From Bigelowiella natans CCMP2755 (lineage: Eukaryota; Protista; Cercozoa), in contig ADNK01000914.1 in the NCBI GenBank assembly GCA_000320545.1, forward strand, positions 1 to 64,000: a stretch of 64,000 nt of DNA. Direction: 5' to 3'. A program made the translations under genes and the position numbers. The notes below the pieces were generated by a model, which made no database searches, had not been told where the DNA came from, and was given only the letters and a program-made list of their open reading frames with translations. Positions 44,788 through 56,159 of the stretch are shown one piece after another; position 1 is the stretch's first letter, and every line of letters begins with the position of its first letter.

Positions 44788-45786
44788 ATGGATAGGGTCT
44801 ACTCCGCAGAGCAGATAACAGTGCCGCCGTCCCTGCCGGGCATCCTGAAGGGGTTCACGAAGGAGGTGATCCGGCACCAGCCCCAGGATATCTTGGATTT
44901 TGGAGCCGGGTACTTCGCGGCAGCAAAGAAGGGCAGTCTCGAAGACTTCCTGAAGGGATGGGGGAGTCGGGAGGTCAAGAAGGCTCCTGAAACAAAGGGC
45001 CAAGGATCAGGTCTCACCACGGGCCAAGGATCAGGCCTCACCGCTGCTGAAGAAAAGCAGATACTCGAGCTTTTCTCGAAGATTGACCTAGAAAATCGTG
45101 GTGTGGTCTTAGCTAAGGATCTTTCTCGCTTTGATAAAAATGGGAAGCTTTTCGCCAAGCTTGATACCTCAAAAGACGGCGAAGTGAGTGAAGAAGAATA
45201 CCTAGCATTTTTCAAGGGCTTGAAAGCAAAAAATGCAAAAGCAATCGAGGGATACCTCGCGTACGCTGAGAAAACTTTGCTTAAATTGACCGTTGGCGAG
45301 GAGGAAGACATCCTGGACTTGTTTTCCAAGGTAGACACGGATGGAAACGGGGTGCTTGATAAAATAGAACTTTATCGATTCGACAAGAATGGGAAGTTGT
45401 TTGCGAAGTTGGACACCTCAAAAGACGGGAAAATCGACAAAGCAGAGTACCTCAAATTTTTCCAAGGGCTGAAGCTGAAGAACCCAAAAGCACTTTGGGG
45501 ATATTTGAGGTATGCTCAAGGATGTCTCAAGAAGCTAACATTAGATGAAGAGAAGGAGATAAAATCCGTTTTCGATACAATTGATGTGGACAAAAGCGGT
45601 GAGATCGAAGAAAAGGAACTCGCTAAGCTTGACAAAAATGGGAAACTCTTCGCACGCCTTGACACGTCCAAAGACGGGAAGGTGAGCATCACAGAATATT
45701 TGAATTTCTTCAAAAAGATGAAAGTTGACAACCCGAGAGCTGTATATGGATATATCAAGTATGCTAAAGGTGTATTGAAGATGTGA
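44788..45786 (+). CDS. RIIa-type dimerisation/docking domain (ROPN1/RSP11-like) fused to three EF-hand-pair repeats; coding region intronless
   Basis: MDRVYSAEQITVPPSLPGILKGFTKEVIRHQPQDILDFGAGYF is the RIIa D/D motif. Three ~83-aa repeats carry EF loops such as DTDGNGVLDKIE, DTSKDGKIDKAE and DVDKSGEIEEKE. The true start is probably the ATG at 44788 rather than 44509. Confidence 0.85.
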   Translation: MDRVYSAEQITVPPSLPGILKGFTKEVIRHQPQDILDFGAGYFAAAKKGSLEDFLKGWGSREVKKAPETKGQGSGLTTGQGSGLTAAEEKQILELFSKIDLENRGVVLAKDLSRFDKNGKLFAKLDTSKDGEVSEEEYLAFFKGLKAKNAKAIEGYLAYAEKTLLKLTVGEEEDILDLFSKVDTDGNGVLDKIELYRFDKNGKLFAKLDTSKDGKIDKAEYLKFFQGLKLKNPKALWGYLRYAQGCLKKLTLDEEKEIKSVFDTIDVDKSGEIEEKELAKLDKNGKLFARLDTSKDGKVSITEYLNFFKKMKVDNPRAVYGYIKYAKGVLKM

Positions 45787-47069
45787 ATTAGAGAGCAGAT
45801 AAAACTATGACCGTGTGGCAGCTGCTAAATGAATTTTGCAATGTACATGTAGCAAACAAATTATTAAATGGACAAGATTTTTTGCTAGCGACACGATAGT
45901 ACACATGTCTAGTTGTACAATTCGATTAGATGATGATGAGTTTCTAGATTTGTGTGTGGCCGCGCGCTTTCACATGCATGTAGTAGCGTTGTGTTTAGCT
46001 TTGTAGAGTAGCATGCGCCCGGCACGGTTCGGTTAAATAGATCCATCTGCTGAGAGTGTCTCTACAAAACAGTGAATGAAAGTCGTTGCACATCCATGCA
46101 GTCGGATCGCTGGTGTCATTTATTGCACATATACGCATGCAGCATCTCCGCACGCGCTATACGCACTGACATGTCATGTCCTACTCATACACCAAACACA
46201 AAATAATGTGATCCACGCTAGCATGCACGGAGATCTCTAGATCTAGACATACGTCCCAATGTGATGGGGGTAATGCGACAATGCTAGCTAAGCATTGCTT
46301 CTGTCTTGATCTTGACCTCCCCCCCCCCCCCCCCCCCCCTCTCTCTCTCTCCCTCCTGCCCCCTTTGTTTACAGGCCGGTGCTGGATCAACTCCTGATAT
46401 TAGCTGAGTTTGTAAGTAACAGGAGAAGACCCTCTTCCCCCATCAATGCCATCACTTTGTATCACAAACGAACATTATCAGGCAGCACACAACTGCGTGT
46501 ACGTACTGCGCGACATCGACATAAGAATATATATATTCTTTTAAATGCATAATGATCGAGGCACATAATTAATACGAAGTACAGAGTCGTGCATAGCTGC
46601 ACATCTAGATATGCTAGGTTGTGTTTTTGCCGTACGTGTGTATCTGTAATGACAATATCGCATATAGGTAAAATCATGATCACAAGTAATAATATAGATG
46701 CTATAAAACAATACGTAGGAATATTGTCACTGATGTAATTATGTAATTAGATCTTTACTTCAATAATCATGTGTAGGGTTCTATATATTCAGCGCAACGG
46801 CTACAGCGCTTATGTTGTATCAGTTTGTTCATGCTATTATGTGTAGTCATGTATTTTATAATTTATGATCATATTTAAAAGCATTGATATCATATCGCCG
46901 TTGTCACGCAAGTAATAACATACTGTCTATAACAATTACCATATACATAGAAATTGTCGGACGATCATGTCGCAGCGCCTTACGCGCATTATTAGTAATA
47001 TTATTCACAGTCCATCTCATGTTCAGTTTTTTTTTTAGATGAGAAAATGATTGTACCTAGTTCTTTCAG

Positions 47070-47951
47070 CTACTCATCCAAAATTCGCAGTGCAGCATCA
47101 ATCATTTCTATGTCTCTCGCCAAACACTTATTATCATAATCTATAGACCCATCATATTTTGAACTCGTTGCAGATTCATCTGCTTGATCCTCTCCTACAG
47201 AGGGACGCTGCGATTGCCCTTTATCTATGCTTTCTTTGGCTCCTCCATTATCACCTCCAGCATCTAAGTCTAAACCAGAAGAATCTCCAACGTTGCCCTT
47301 TTGTTCCACGTCTTCCCCAGCATCTTTCGAGTTCGTCTGAATCTCTACAGCATCTATTTCCTGTGCGCCATCGTTGCCTTCGCAAGCATCACTGTGTTCA
47401 TCTATGTTTTCTTTAGCTCCTCCATCAGCATCTAAGTCTAAACCAGAAGAATCTCCAACGTTACCCTTTTGTTCCACGTCTTCCCCAGCATCTTTCGAGT
47501 TCGTCTGAGTCTCTACAGTATCTATTTCCTGTGCGCCATCGTTGCCTTCGCAAGTATCACAGTGTTCGTGGCTATCGCCCAGCTGTTTCAGGAAGTCCTC
47601 GGCCTGTATCCCTTCCCGTACGAGTTTCTGAGCTCTATGATCGCCTGCAGCCGTTCCTCTATCTTCCCCATCATTTATTTCGGCAGGGAATTCTATCACA
47701 TGCGCTTCCCTGAAAGTGGCAACGGGCTCTAGATTATGCGATCCGTTTCCAAACTCGCCGGTAAGTGGTTTTCCTTCAGAGATTATCTCCAAAGCGGCAG
47801 CTCCCTCAGAAGTGGAGGAAGCACTACTTTCCGCATCCTCTTCTATATATGAACCATGACGTTTTGTAATGCATTTGTAGGATAGCACCTGAGTTCCCAG
47901 GGGCGGCGGGGCGGGGCCGATCTCTCTGCCGGAGCAACAGACCGTACCCAT
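47070..47951 (-). CDS. Intronless acidic protein with predicted N-terminal myristoylation/palmitoylation (MGTVCCS) and an internal 56-aa tandem duplication
   Basis: 293-aa ATG-to-TAG ORF with MGxxCCS motif, D/E/G-rich composition and a 168-nt direct repeat at ~47223-47568. Confidence 0.65.
   Translation of the reverse strand: MGTVCCSGREIGPAPPPLGTQVLSYKCITKRHGSYIEEDAESSASSTSEGAAALEIISEGKPLTGEFGNGSHNLEPVATFREAHVIEFPAEINDGEDRGTAAGDHRAQKLVREGIQAEDFLKQLGDSHEHCDTCEGNDGAQEIDTVETQTNSKDAGEDVEQKGNVGDSSGLDLDADGGAKENIDEHSDACEGNDGAQEIDAVEIQTNSKDAGEDVEQKGNVGDSSGLDLDAGGDNGGAKESIDKGQSQRPSVGEDQADESATSSKYDGSIDYDNKCLARDIEMIDAALRILDE
47223..47568. repeat. 168-nt tandem direct repeat inside the acidic-protein ORF
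   Basis: 47261-47400 aligns to 47429-47568 at offset 168. The upstream parts also align, with a 9-nt indel. Confidence 0.95.
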
Positions 47952-48472
47952 TCGCGTGTGCCGTCCTGCGTTCAGACCCCTTCTTCGTTACGGATTACGT
48001 TTCGGAAGTTCATCCGATAAATTATTTTCCAAATCTTTTACACGACGAAAACTGTCGACTCGCGATCGAATATGGGCATGGCCCCCTCGCCAAAAACTGA
48101 GGGCAGGAACTATGTATGTCGCACATACATGTACACATTGTTCCTTCCACCCTCATAGATCTAATTCTGTCCTGCGACAAGCTTCTCTCCCTAGTCGCAT
48201 CAGATGAAGCATCATCGCTTTCTTTTGGCTCCATTCCGCTACATGACGACGTAGCCTGGCACAAGGAGCATGGCATTTTGTCAGGAGCATGCGACAACGG
48301 CAGCTTGCAACGACGCCTTCCCAATGACTGGGCGATGATGATGATGATGATGGCTTTAACGATGGGGGGGGGTCTCCTCAAAACCCACCGGGAAACAAAA
48401 AAAGAATAAAAAAAGAAAAAGAAAGGGGGGGGGGAGCAAGCGCAGGCAGGCAGGAAACGTTGAAACGAAGGA

Positions 48473-49398
48473 ATGGCGGCGCTTCGCCCTGCCGACGAGC
48501 GCCTGTTGGTTTTCTCAAGCGTGGGTTGCCTCAATGAAGTCAGATGTCAAATCGAAGCTCGCTGTGCAAACGTCGAAGTTCAGGACGCACAGGACAGGAC
48601 CCCGCTTTGTGTAGCAGCTCTGAGCGGCAACATCCACATCGTGCGATGTGGTCGAGCAAGCTGGTGCCAATCTTGATGGAGTTGACATCCGTGGTTTTCC
48701 ACCACTGCTGTGGGCAGTCCACGAGAGACGTCCGAAGATCGTGAGATGTTTGGTGGAGGACGTGAAGGCCAGCATCAAAGGGCAAGGGATGGAAACTCCA
48801 TGACTGCACTTCATGCTGGTGCTGGACAGCTGCGCATGCACACATGGTGAGACACGTCATCGAAAATTGTGATGCAAGGGTGGATGCAGTGGACAGCAAA
48901 CGCGAGACTCCCGTCTTTTGCATTTGCGCTGTCCGTGGCCATCATCATGGCATTGTGCGCTGTTTGGTGGAAGCGGTCCGTGCCGATCCAAATCACAGGG
49001 ACATCGCAGGGAGGACTCCCCTCAATGCAGCCACGTTCGAGAACAATTTTGAGGCCATGAAGCTTCTCGTGGAGAAGGCTAGTGCATGCCCAGAGATTCC
49101 TGACTTCAGGGGCGACACCCCCCTTTTCTGGTCCGTACGACACCGCAGTTTTGACGTAGCACGATGCGTTGGTCGAGAATGCTGGGCATTTGTCCTCCTT
49201 GCAATCTTCCTCATCCACCGCTGTGGGCAAGATCCCGGGAAGCTGCGGGAACTTGCTTGCACGTCCCTCCATCTTCGGCGTAACCGATTCATCTGCAACA
49301 TTGACACGTTTTGCAAAGGATGTGAATCGCTTGCTCTTGAGCGTTCGATGCTTCATGCTCACACGGCAAAGGCAGCACATGCACTTGCTGCTAGCTAG
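48473..49398 (+). pseudogene. Decayed intronless ankyrin-repeat gene (frameshifted, Tyr-free)
   Basis: Fragments in different frames: NVEVQDAQDRTPLCVAALSGNIHIVRC, VDAVDSKRETPVFCICAVRGHHHGIVRCLVE, PNHRDIAGRTPLNAA, PDFRGDTPLFWSV. Cys/His stand where ankyrin repeats commonly have Tyr. Confidence 0.75.
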
Positions 49399-49599
49399 CT
49401 AGCTAGGCAATGAGTCCGCGAGATGCACACTTTTGTGCAATGTGCACTCTTCCCACCCCAGCCCGCCCCCCCTTTCTCCTTTAATCGTCAAACATGACTT
49501 GCGTCAACACACCCAATGGCACTGCAGTGCAAACCTTGTCCATGTGTTCTTGCTTGAATCTTGACAGCTTGTGGTGGGGTTGCAATGGAGATCCAGCAC

Positions 49600-50240
49600 A
49601 CATTGCATGCGGGGGCTCTAGTTTGCGAGTTCTGTCATGCGCCATTCATCAACAAATGCCCATTGCACTAGTTGCACAGACTGTGCCACAAGTTTTGCAA
49701 GCTCATGAGGGTGTGCGCACACTGGCTTTGCATCATTGTGAAATTTGAGCACAAAAACGCCAAAATTGCTCTCAATTGAGAGGTCATGCCACTCGTTGCA
49801 GGTTTGACGGAGTTGTGCAATTGTCTCTGCTGTCATGTGCGACCACTTCCGCCCCTAACCCTCGCTGCAATCCCGTGCTTAAGAAGTGCAAATCCCTCAA
49901 GTTTCTGTTGAACACCTCAATCTGACGCTCGACACAATCTTGTTGGATGAAGATTTTGAGTTCGTCATGGTTTTTCAAGTCATTGCCAGTGCATGCATTC
50001 CTTTTTTTGGCCTCAACGTTTGGCTTCATGTGAATTGAGGAATTCACGATCTCCAAATGATCACCCTTACTGCAACCTAAAGCAACGGAGCATTACCCCT
50101 ACACTCCTTTGCCTCAATGTTTGCGTTCATGTCAACCAGGCATTTTACGATCTCCAAATGACCCTTGCATTGAACACGCGATCAACGGAGTCTCATGTGA
50201 ACCGCCGCACTCCCCAACATTTGCATTCCCCCCGCTAGCC
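49600..50240 (-). pseudogene. Second decayed ankyrin-repeat gene, convergent with the first
   Basis: The minus strand reads HETPLIAC / KGHLEIVKCLVDMNANIEAKECRGNAPLL* / DHLEIVNSSIHMKPNVEAK with frameshifts and a stop. It continues into Tyr-free ORF fragments 49784-50056 and 49618-49836. Confidence 0.65.
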
Positions 50241-50549
50241 CGATTGTGCGCTTCAGGCGGGGAAGGTAGTTGCCGAGCATTGCTTTGAAGGTGGTGCTGG
50301 AGATGTCAGGCGACACAGTCATTGGCATTGCATAGCTACATGAGGATGACCATTGAACAGATTTAATTTGATTGATCACATCCGTCTTACATGCAGCTAG
50401 CTTGCTAGGTAGGGCGTGATTTCGTCCGCCGATTGGCCAAGGCTACAGAAGAATTTCCCTCGATGCTACAATGCTAGAATGATAAGCATAACTTTGCATG
50501 TCCAATGTACCAAATGACGCGGTTTTTTTAGCACAGAGATATAGTCGGC

Positions 50550-50797
50550 TTAATATCCGTTGTTGTTAACTACTGCAGCGGCAGCGGCATCTGTCGCGGT
50601 TGGTGTGGTGTGCCACTGAGTGTCAGGTACCTCTGCAACCTCAGGTGCTGTCTTTGGGAGCGTGCCAGCGATGACGCACGCGACCAGCAACACCCCGGTA
50701 GCGATCAGAAATACCTGGGGATAGAACAATCATTGTGAGCAACTACATGATATTCTTCACTTCCTTCCATCATTTTCATACCTATGCATTCCTTCGC

Positions 50798-50840
<43 letters not shown>

Positions 50841-52187
50841 TCCTCTCTCTCTCTTAATCCGTTAACTAGAATAATTATACATAAATAATTATTCGAAGAA
50901 ATCGATCGGAAATCAATTCTACCACGCCGGGTCCCAGTGTGAGTAAATCGAAGAGGCCAAACTTCACTGGCTGGACCAACGAGTAGAGATTCGGGAACAT
51001 CAGAGGACTTACGACCGCTGCTAGTACCTGCACAAGTGAGAAGAAACGGGATGGAACCAATGCGACGACAACAACCTCTTCTTTTTCTAACCAATCTAGC
51101 TCTCGTTTCGCTCTGCCACCGAGTCCCTTACGTCGGAGCGGTTGCAAGCATGGGCACTCTGCTCATATCATTACTTCTACTTCTAAAAAGGGGCATCATG
51201 ACGATAGGAATGCTTGGACGATGCACCGAGCGCATATATTCGTTCCAGAACAGATACCTCCAAAGAGCCGTACGCCGCAAGCATTGTTGGTCTGGTCTCT
51301 GCGCCAAGAGCACGGGAGAGCAGCGCTCGGGCGACAGGGAAGAGAACTGCACTAAAAGCTAGTCCGAGGGAGGCGATATAAACTTCCCAGCCCTGCGTAA
51401 AACAGCAGGAAAACGCTCGTCATTTCTTCGTGTATCCCGGTGTGATCATATCATCGTTCGATTTGCCATCGGCGTCACATTCTCGCGGCGTTGCTGCTTC
51501 TACACTCGCTGCATGGTCGTACTCGTTGTGGTTTTCTACCTTTGCCAGGAATGTGAACGAACCGAGTGCTATCGCGGTGGTTATTAGGCCGATCAAGATC
51601 TTTCGGGGAAACAAAGCAATGTTCAACCAAAAAAGGCGGCTGTTAAATGCTTTAAATAGCTATCAACGAATACGAAATAAGGAAGTTCTGCACCGCGGCA
51701 TTGGCGAGGATAAATGTCAGTTTGAACTATTATGCATGTGAGTGTTAACTACGATGCTCTTTCCGGAGTAGCCTTTGTTTCTCAATATCGGAAGGACCCA
51801 TCTGAGGAGGAAGAGAAGAAGTGATGAGAAGCAATTTCTGATTGAGCCATGCTCCTAAGAATGATAACAATCGTGCTCTGATTGAGCAAAACTAGGAACT
51901 TGATCGGCGAGAAAAGGAGAAACGAACGGAGGTGAGAGAGTTTTGCAACACATCAAAGCATTCATAAATGCCCTCCACCGCACAGACATGTACGCGTGGC
52001 GTATTACAAGAGCCCAATAGCGCCAGACAGGAAGATAATAGTCTGAATATAACCAACCTGCAATACGCACGAAACAACATATTTTGAAAGTGAATTCCCA
52101 CACTCTCTATCTCAACCGTTGTCATTGTCATCATCCCTACCGACAAAATCAGCATCACCAAAACTGTGATATATATATATATATATA

Positions 52188-52225
<38 letters not shown>

Positions 52226-52486
52226 CTCATTGCCTCTTCCCCCCCCCTCATCCTCCTCTTCTTAATCCTACCTCCTGCGTGGACATTCCGAAGGTTTTCT
52301 TGATGTAGAGAGGAACAATCGAGATGGCCCCCAAGGAACCTACCAACGATAACTGATACCCGTGGACAGGAAGAACCAGAGAGGAGGAGAAGGGGAGGAG
52401 GGGAGGAGGAGATGAGGATGGAGAGGAGAGTGCCAACAATGGACAGCCGAAAGTGTTCAACACTCGGAAAGATTTTGTGTGCTCGC

Positions 52487-52521
<35 letters not shown>

Positions 52522-52646
52522 ATTATCGTTAGGTCCACTGTCAGAATATCATCCTACCATCACGATGGCCGCGATTTTGCGTGAGTAAGAGGAGCGGTTC
52601 AACAGCACGATGCCCGAGAATGGAGTCGTCTGTAAAGTCAGTATGT

Positions 52647-52685
<39 letters not shown>

Positions 52686-52696
52686 GCGGTAAATAA

Positions 52697-52734
<38 letters not shown>

Positions 52735-53110
52735 TATAGGCGCTAACAAACCCTAGGGGGAGTCGAGAAAAACCATATCATGCAAGATATATCTGCGCAC
52801 CACCATCAGTCCCCAACCCCCCCACCCCCCCCCTCCCCAATAAAAGAAAAGACACAAGTAATATCGTACCAGCCGCCATTGTATCGCCCCCCTAGCATGT
52901 CCAATGGTCTCCGCAAGGCCGCAAAGCGCACCGATTCCGACGATTGCCTCTAATGCCCCCGCAAAGAAAAAGGTGGCACGGAACGAATAGCGGGCTGCGA
53001 TCTGACAGCACACATTGTCATAAGTCACCAATGAAGACATGCATGATGACTGGGAAAGTTTGGTGAGCAAGATTGGTGTTGTAGAACAACGTTTCATCAC
53101 ACTGGCACTG

Positions 53111-53147
<37 letters not shown>

Positions 53148-53338
53148 AAGCTCCTGTGTGAGCATACAAAGTGGCCAAGGGATGGGCCAGCTACGAATCC
53201 TAGCCAAACGACTCCTGAATGGAGAAGCAGCACAATGAAAGACAGACACCCGTATTCACCCGATGACTTCTAATCAATATGTATTTCATCCCTTTTACCC
53301 TCCGCCCTCCCTCTCTCATTTGCGGGTGCGCGCGCACG

Positions 53339-53376
<38 letters not shown>

Positions 53377-55262
53377 CACACACACACACACACACACACA
53401 TATTCGTTATGATGATGATGAGTCTACAGAGAGGAAAAACATACACACATACGCGCGCTCGCGCGCACACACACACACACACACACACGCCACATGTGCG
53501 AAGAGTCATAATCCATCAGGTATCAAGTACCTTCGATAAGTCCAAATGCCGAGGTGAGGGTCTTCTCAGCAATAACTTGACGAGCAGCAGCATAAGTATC
53601 TGGCCGCATGTTCGCACGCACTAGCATCTCCTCTCTCTCTCCCCCCCCAGGGGCATTTGCATTTCCCCCGTCACTGTTGTGTAAGAAAGCGCATTCAGTG
53701 CGAGTGACCGCCTCCTTATATCAAAAAGACCACATTTGCCAACCCCCCCCCCCAACTATCACTTCTCTCATCCCCCGTCCCCGCATATAATGATGCGTGG
53801 GTGTTCATGGATAATTACCGATCATCACGTGGGACGGGCGCCGTGTCAGCCGCAATTGTGAATAATGCCGCCAGTATCGAAAATATGCTGCCTGAGCGTT
53901 GGAATTTGTATCAAGTTAACTAGACATGGCTCCTTCCTCCTCCCCATGTTATTCCTCGGTGGTCTCACCACCTCAGTACACATCTGTAGCGAGATCTGCT
54001 CAATTCAACTTTCAAGCGCGACCCCCCTCCCGTTCCCGCTCTTCCTTCCTATTTTACATCTCTGTAACAACTTCTGCTACCTCCGAGAGAGCAGGCTGCC
54101 AATCCTCCCAGGAGGATGTTAAAATGCTTCGTTTCGTGGCGAAATAACGATAACAAAATGAAGGAGCTGGCCATCCCTACCATTATTCAAAACGTATTCT
54201 GATCAAGATGAATTGGTGAGCAGGGACAGCATAGGAGGAAGGGGTGGAGTAGGGACGAGGAGGGAGGGGACGGCCTCACCCATGATTGGCAGAATGAGCG
54301 CGGGTTTTCGACCAATCTTCTGCGCGATTTGGCCGATGAGGTTTGTGGTCAAGAAACTGGCAGCATTCCTGGAAAATGGGAAGATTTGACATATAAAATA
54401 TAACTTGTCCAGCAATATTAAGGACACATCATTACACATGAGAGAAGGGTATGACTATCTCATTACATTATTGCTGATGCTGCGGCAAATCGCTTTGCGG
54501 CTGTCGAATGGGCCTGTTCTGAATGTAAGCATTCATCCCCACTGCACAGCCAGAGGGGAGGAAAGAAGAGAATGAACAAATTGATTTTACTGAAATAGTG
54601 AAAAAATGGATATCCGAATTCGAAGACAGTACAAATCACACCAGCTTCGCTTGCCACCTATAACGAATTTATATCTACCTGATCCCCCTGTCTTTACATT
54701 CTGCGGAGAGAAGCATTTCACTGCGTGCAGGGAATAGAAGATTATTTCGGGGTCGAATCGTTTTTCAACAGAATTTCAGCTCGGTCAAATTTGTCGCAGA
54801 AAAGGGTTATCCTATTTTTATACTCCTACAACCTGAATGTCGATTGACATGACGTGTAAGCCAAAGCGCTGAGGAAGGCCAGGAGCATCAAATACCACAT
54901 CCTCTTTACAATCTGTCACGCAACACAGCCAAAACGTCAGTGGAATATATTTCGAATCTCGATTGCCCACCTGGTAGAAGCCTGGAGCATCAATCCCTAC
55001 ATATGCCATACCATCATCTTCTGATACCCCGCTTGGCCTAGTACGAAAAGCTGGGGATCGTATGAACCCATCATCATCGCTCGTGCAAGCTAACATAAAG
55101 CACGCTTCAGGGAGCTGTGAAACCATCTGAATACTGTCTGTTACTACCTCTCCTTCTACCATCTTGAGAGGCATCTAAGGTTTTGTTTTCGAAAGACACG
55201 TAGGTTTCCTCCTCGCCATCTTCGTCCGTCCCCTTGCTGGACGGGCTCATCGAGGCGAGCAT
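50550..55262 (-). CDS. Major facilitator superfamily transporter (SLC46-like)
   Basis: Spliced TM segments: IVKRMWYLMLLAFLSALAY, a Cys-containing loop ECKDRGISGDECL, NAASFLTTNLIGQIAQKIGRKPALILPIMG (MFS motif A), SIFSILAALFTIAAD, PVARALLSRALGAETRPTMLAAYGSLE, VLAAVVSPLMFPNLYS, VFLIATGVLLVACVIAGTLP. TAA at 50550-50552; start approximate. Confidence 0.8.
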
Positions 55263-56159
55263 GACCCGACGATTCTCCGTTGTCGATCTTTAGCAGTTCT
55301 ATTCTATTTTAGACAGGTAAATATAGGTGTTTTTACCGATGATACAATGTTCTCTTCTTGTCGTTATATTGAAATCGTCAACTCGGAGAAGTGTTGCCGA
55401 CAAGCGTCCCCGAAGGGCAAAAACTCATGGAAATACATCAATGCGACAACAGTATATGATCTTTTGAATTAGAAACCCAATCACCTCGTACTGCCGCTTA
55501 TGTACATATGTTTGGGTCAAAAAATAAACCAAGACTAACCACTCATGATCTTCATGGATCTTGTTATTATTAGTAACGATCTGGTACCGTACTTAATAAT
55601 GGCTTTGGTACCCCTTCTCGAATGTTACATCTTGAAAAAATGAGGGTGACTTCTTGTCCATTTTCGTTGAAATTGCTGGCGTATAGGAAAAATGGACTTA
55701 CCTGATGAGGAGCATGAAACAGAGGTGATGCTACAAGTCTATTCGTCATTTCCCTTGTCGCTGAGATAAAATCGCCGATGTTCTTCACTTGAACAACAAC
55801 AGCAAGAACATCCATCCACATTAACACAAGTCATAGCTTGCGCAGGGGTGAACTCACATTAACGTTTCGATTGTAGACTTTCACGCTATCCTTCTCAACA
55901 TGGGAGAAAGAAGCTGAAAGAATCGGGGAGAGTTGTGTTAGAAGTTAAATTGTGAATTTTCCCAGATTTGGATCGATAGTTAGAATCGTGCTTAACTGAA
56001 TTTGATGGGGATTTTTATCAAATGGTTGGTTATTCATGAACGCTGGTGGCTATACCCTGGGCCAGAGAATCATCTAATATGGTTTTTATTTTGAATAATG
56101 CTGCTATCATCTATAGACCAAGAAAAGAATCTGGTCAATCCCTGTAGAGACGATCCGAT

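Noticed and set aside
48473-50240. Alternative genetic code as the cause of Tyr-free ORFs
   Set aside because: Neighbouring genes use TAT/TAC for conserved Tyr and end in TAA, TAG or TGA. TA is missing in all frames here, so the effect is at DNA level.
51420-51520. Apparent C-terminus of the MFS gene at 51420
   Set aside because: A donor after FLAK splices to further exons encoding the last TM helices, with the stop at 50550.
55300-55920. Exon-like segments upstream of the MFS gene
   Set aside because: Could not be spliced into a consistent reading frame; may be 5' UTR or an N-terminal extension.
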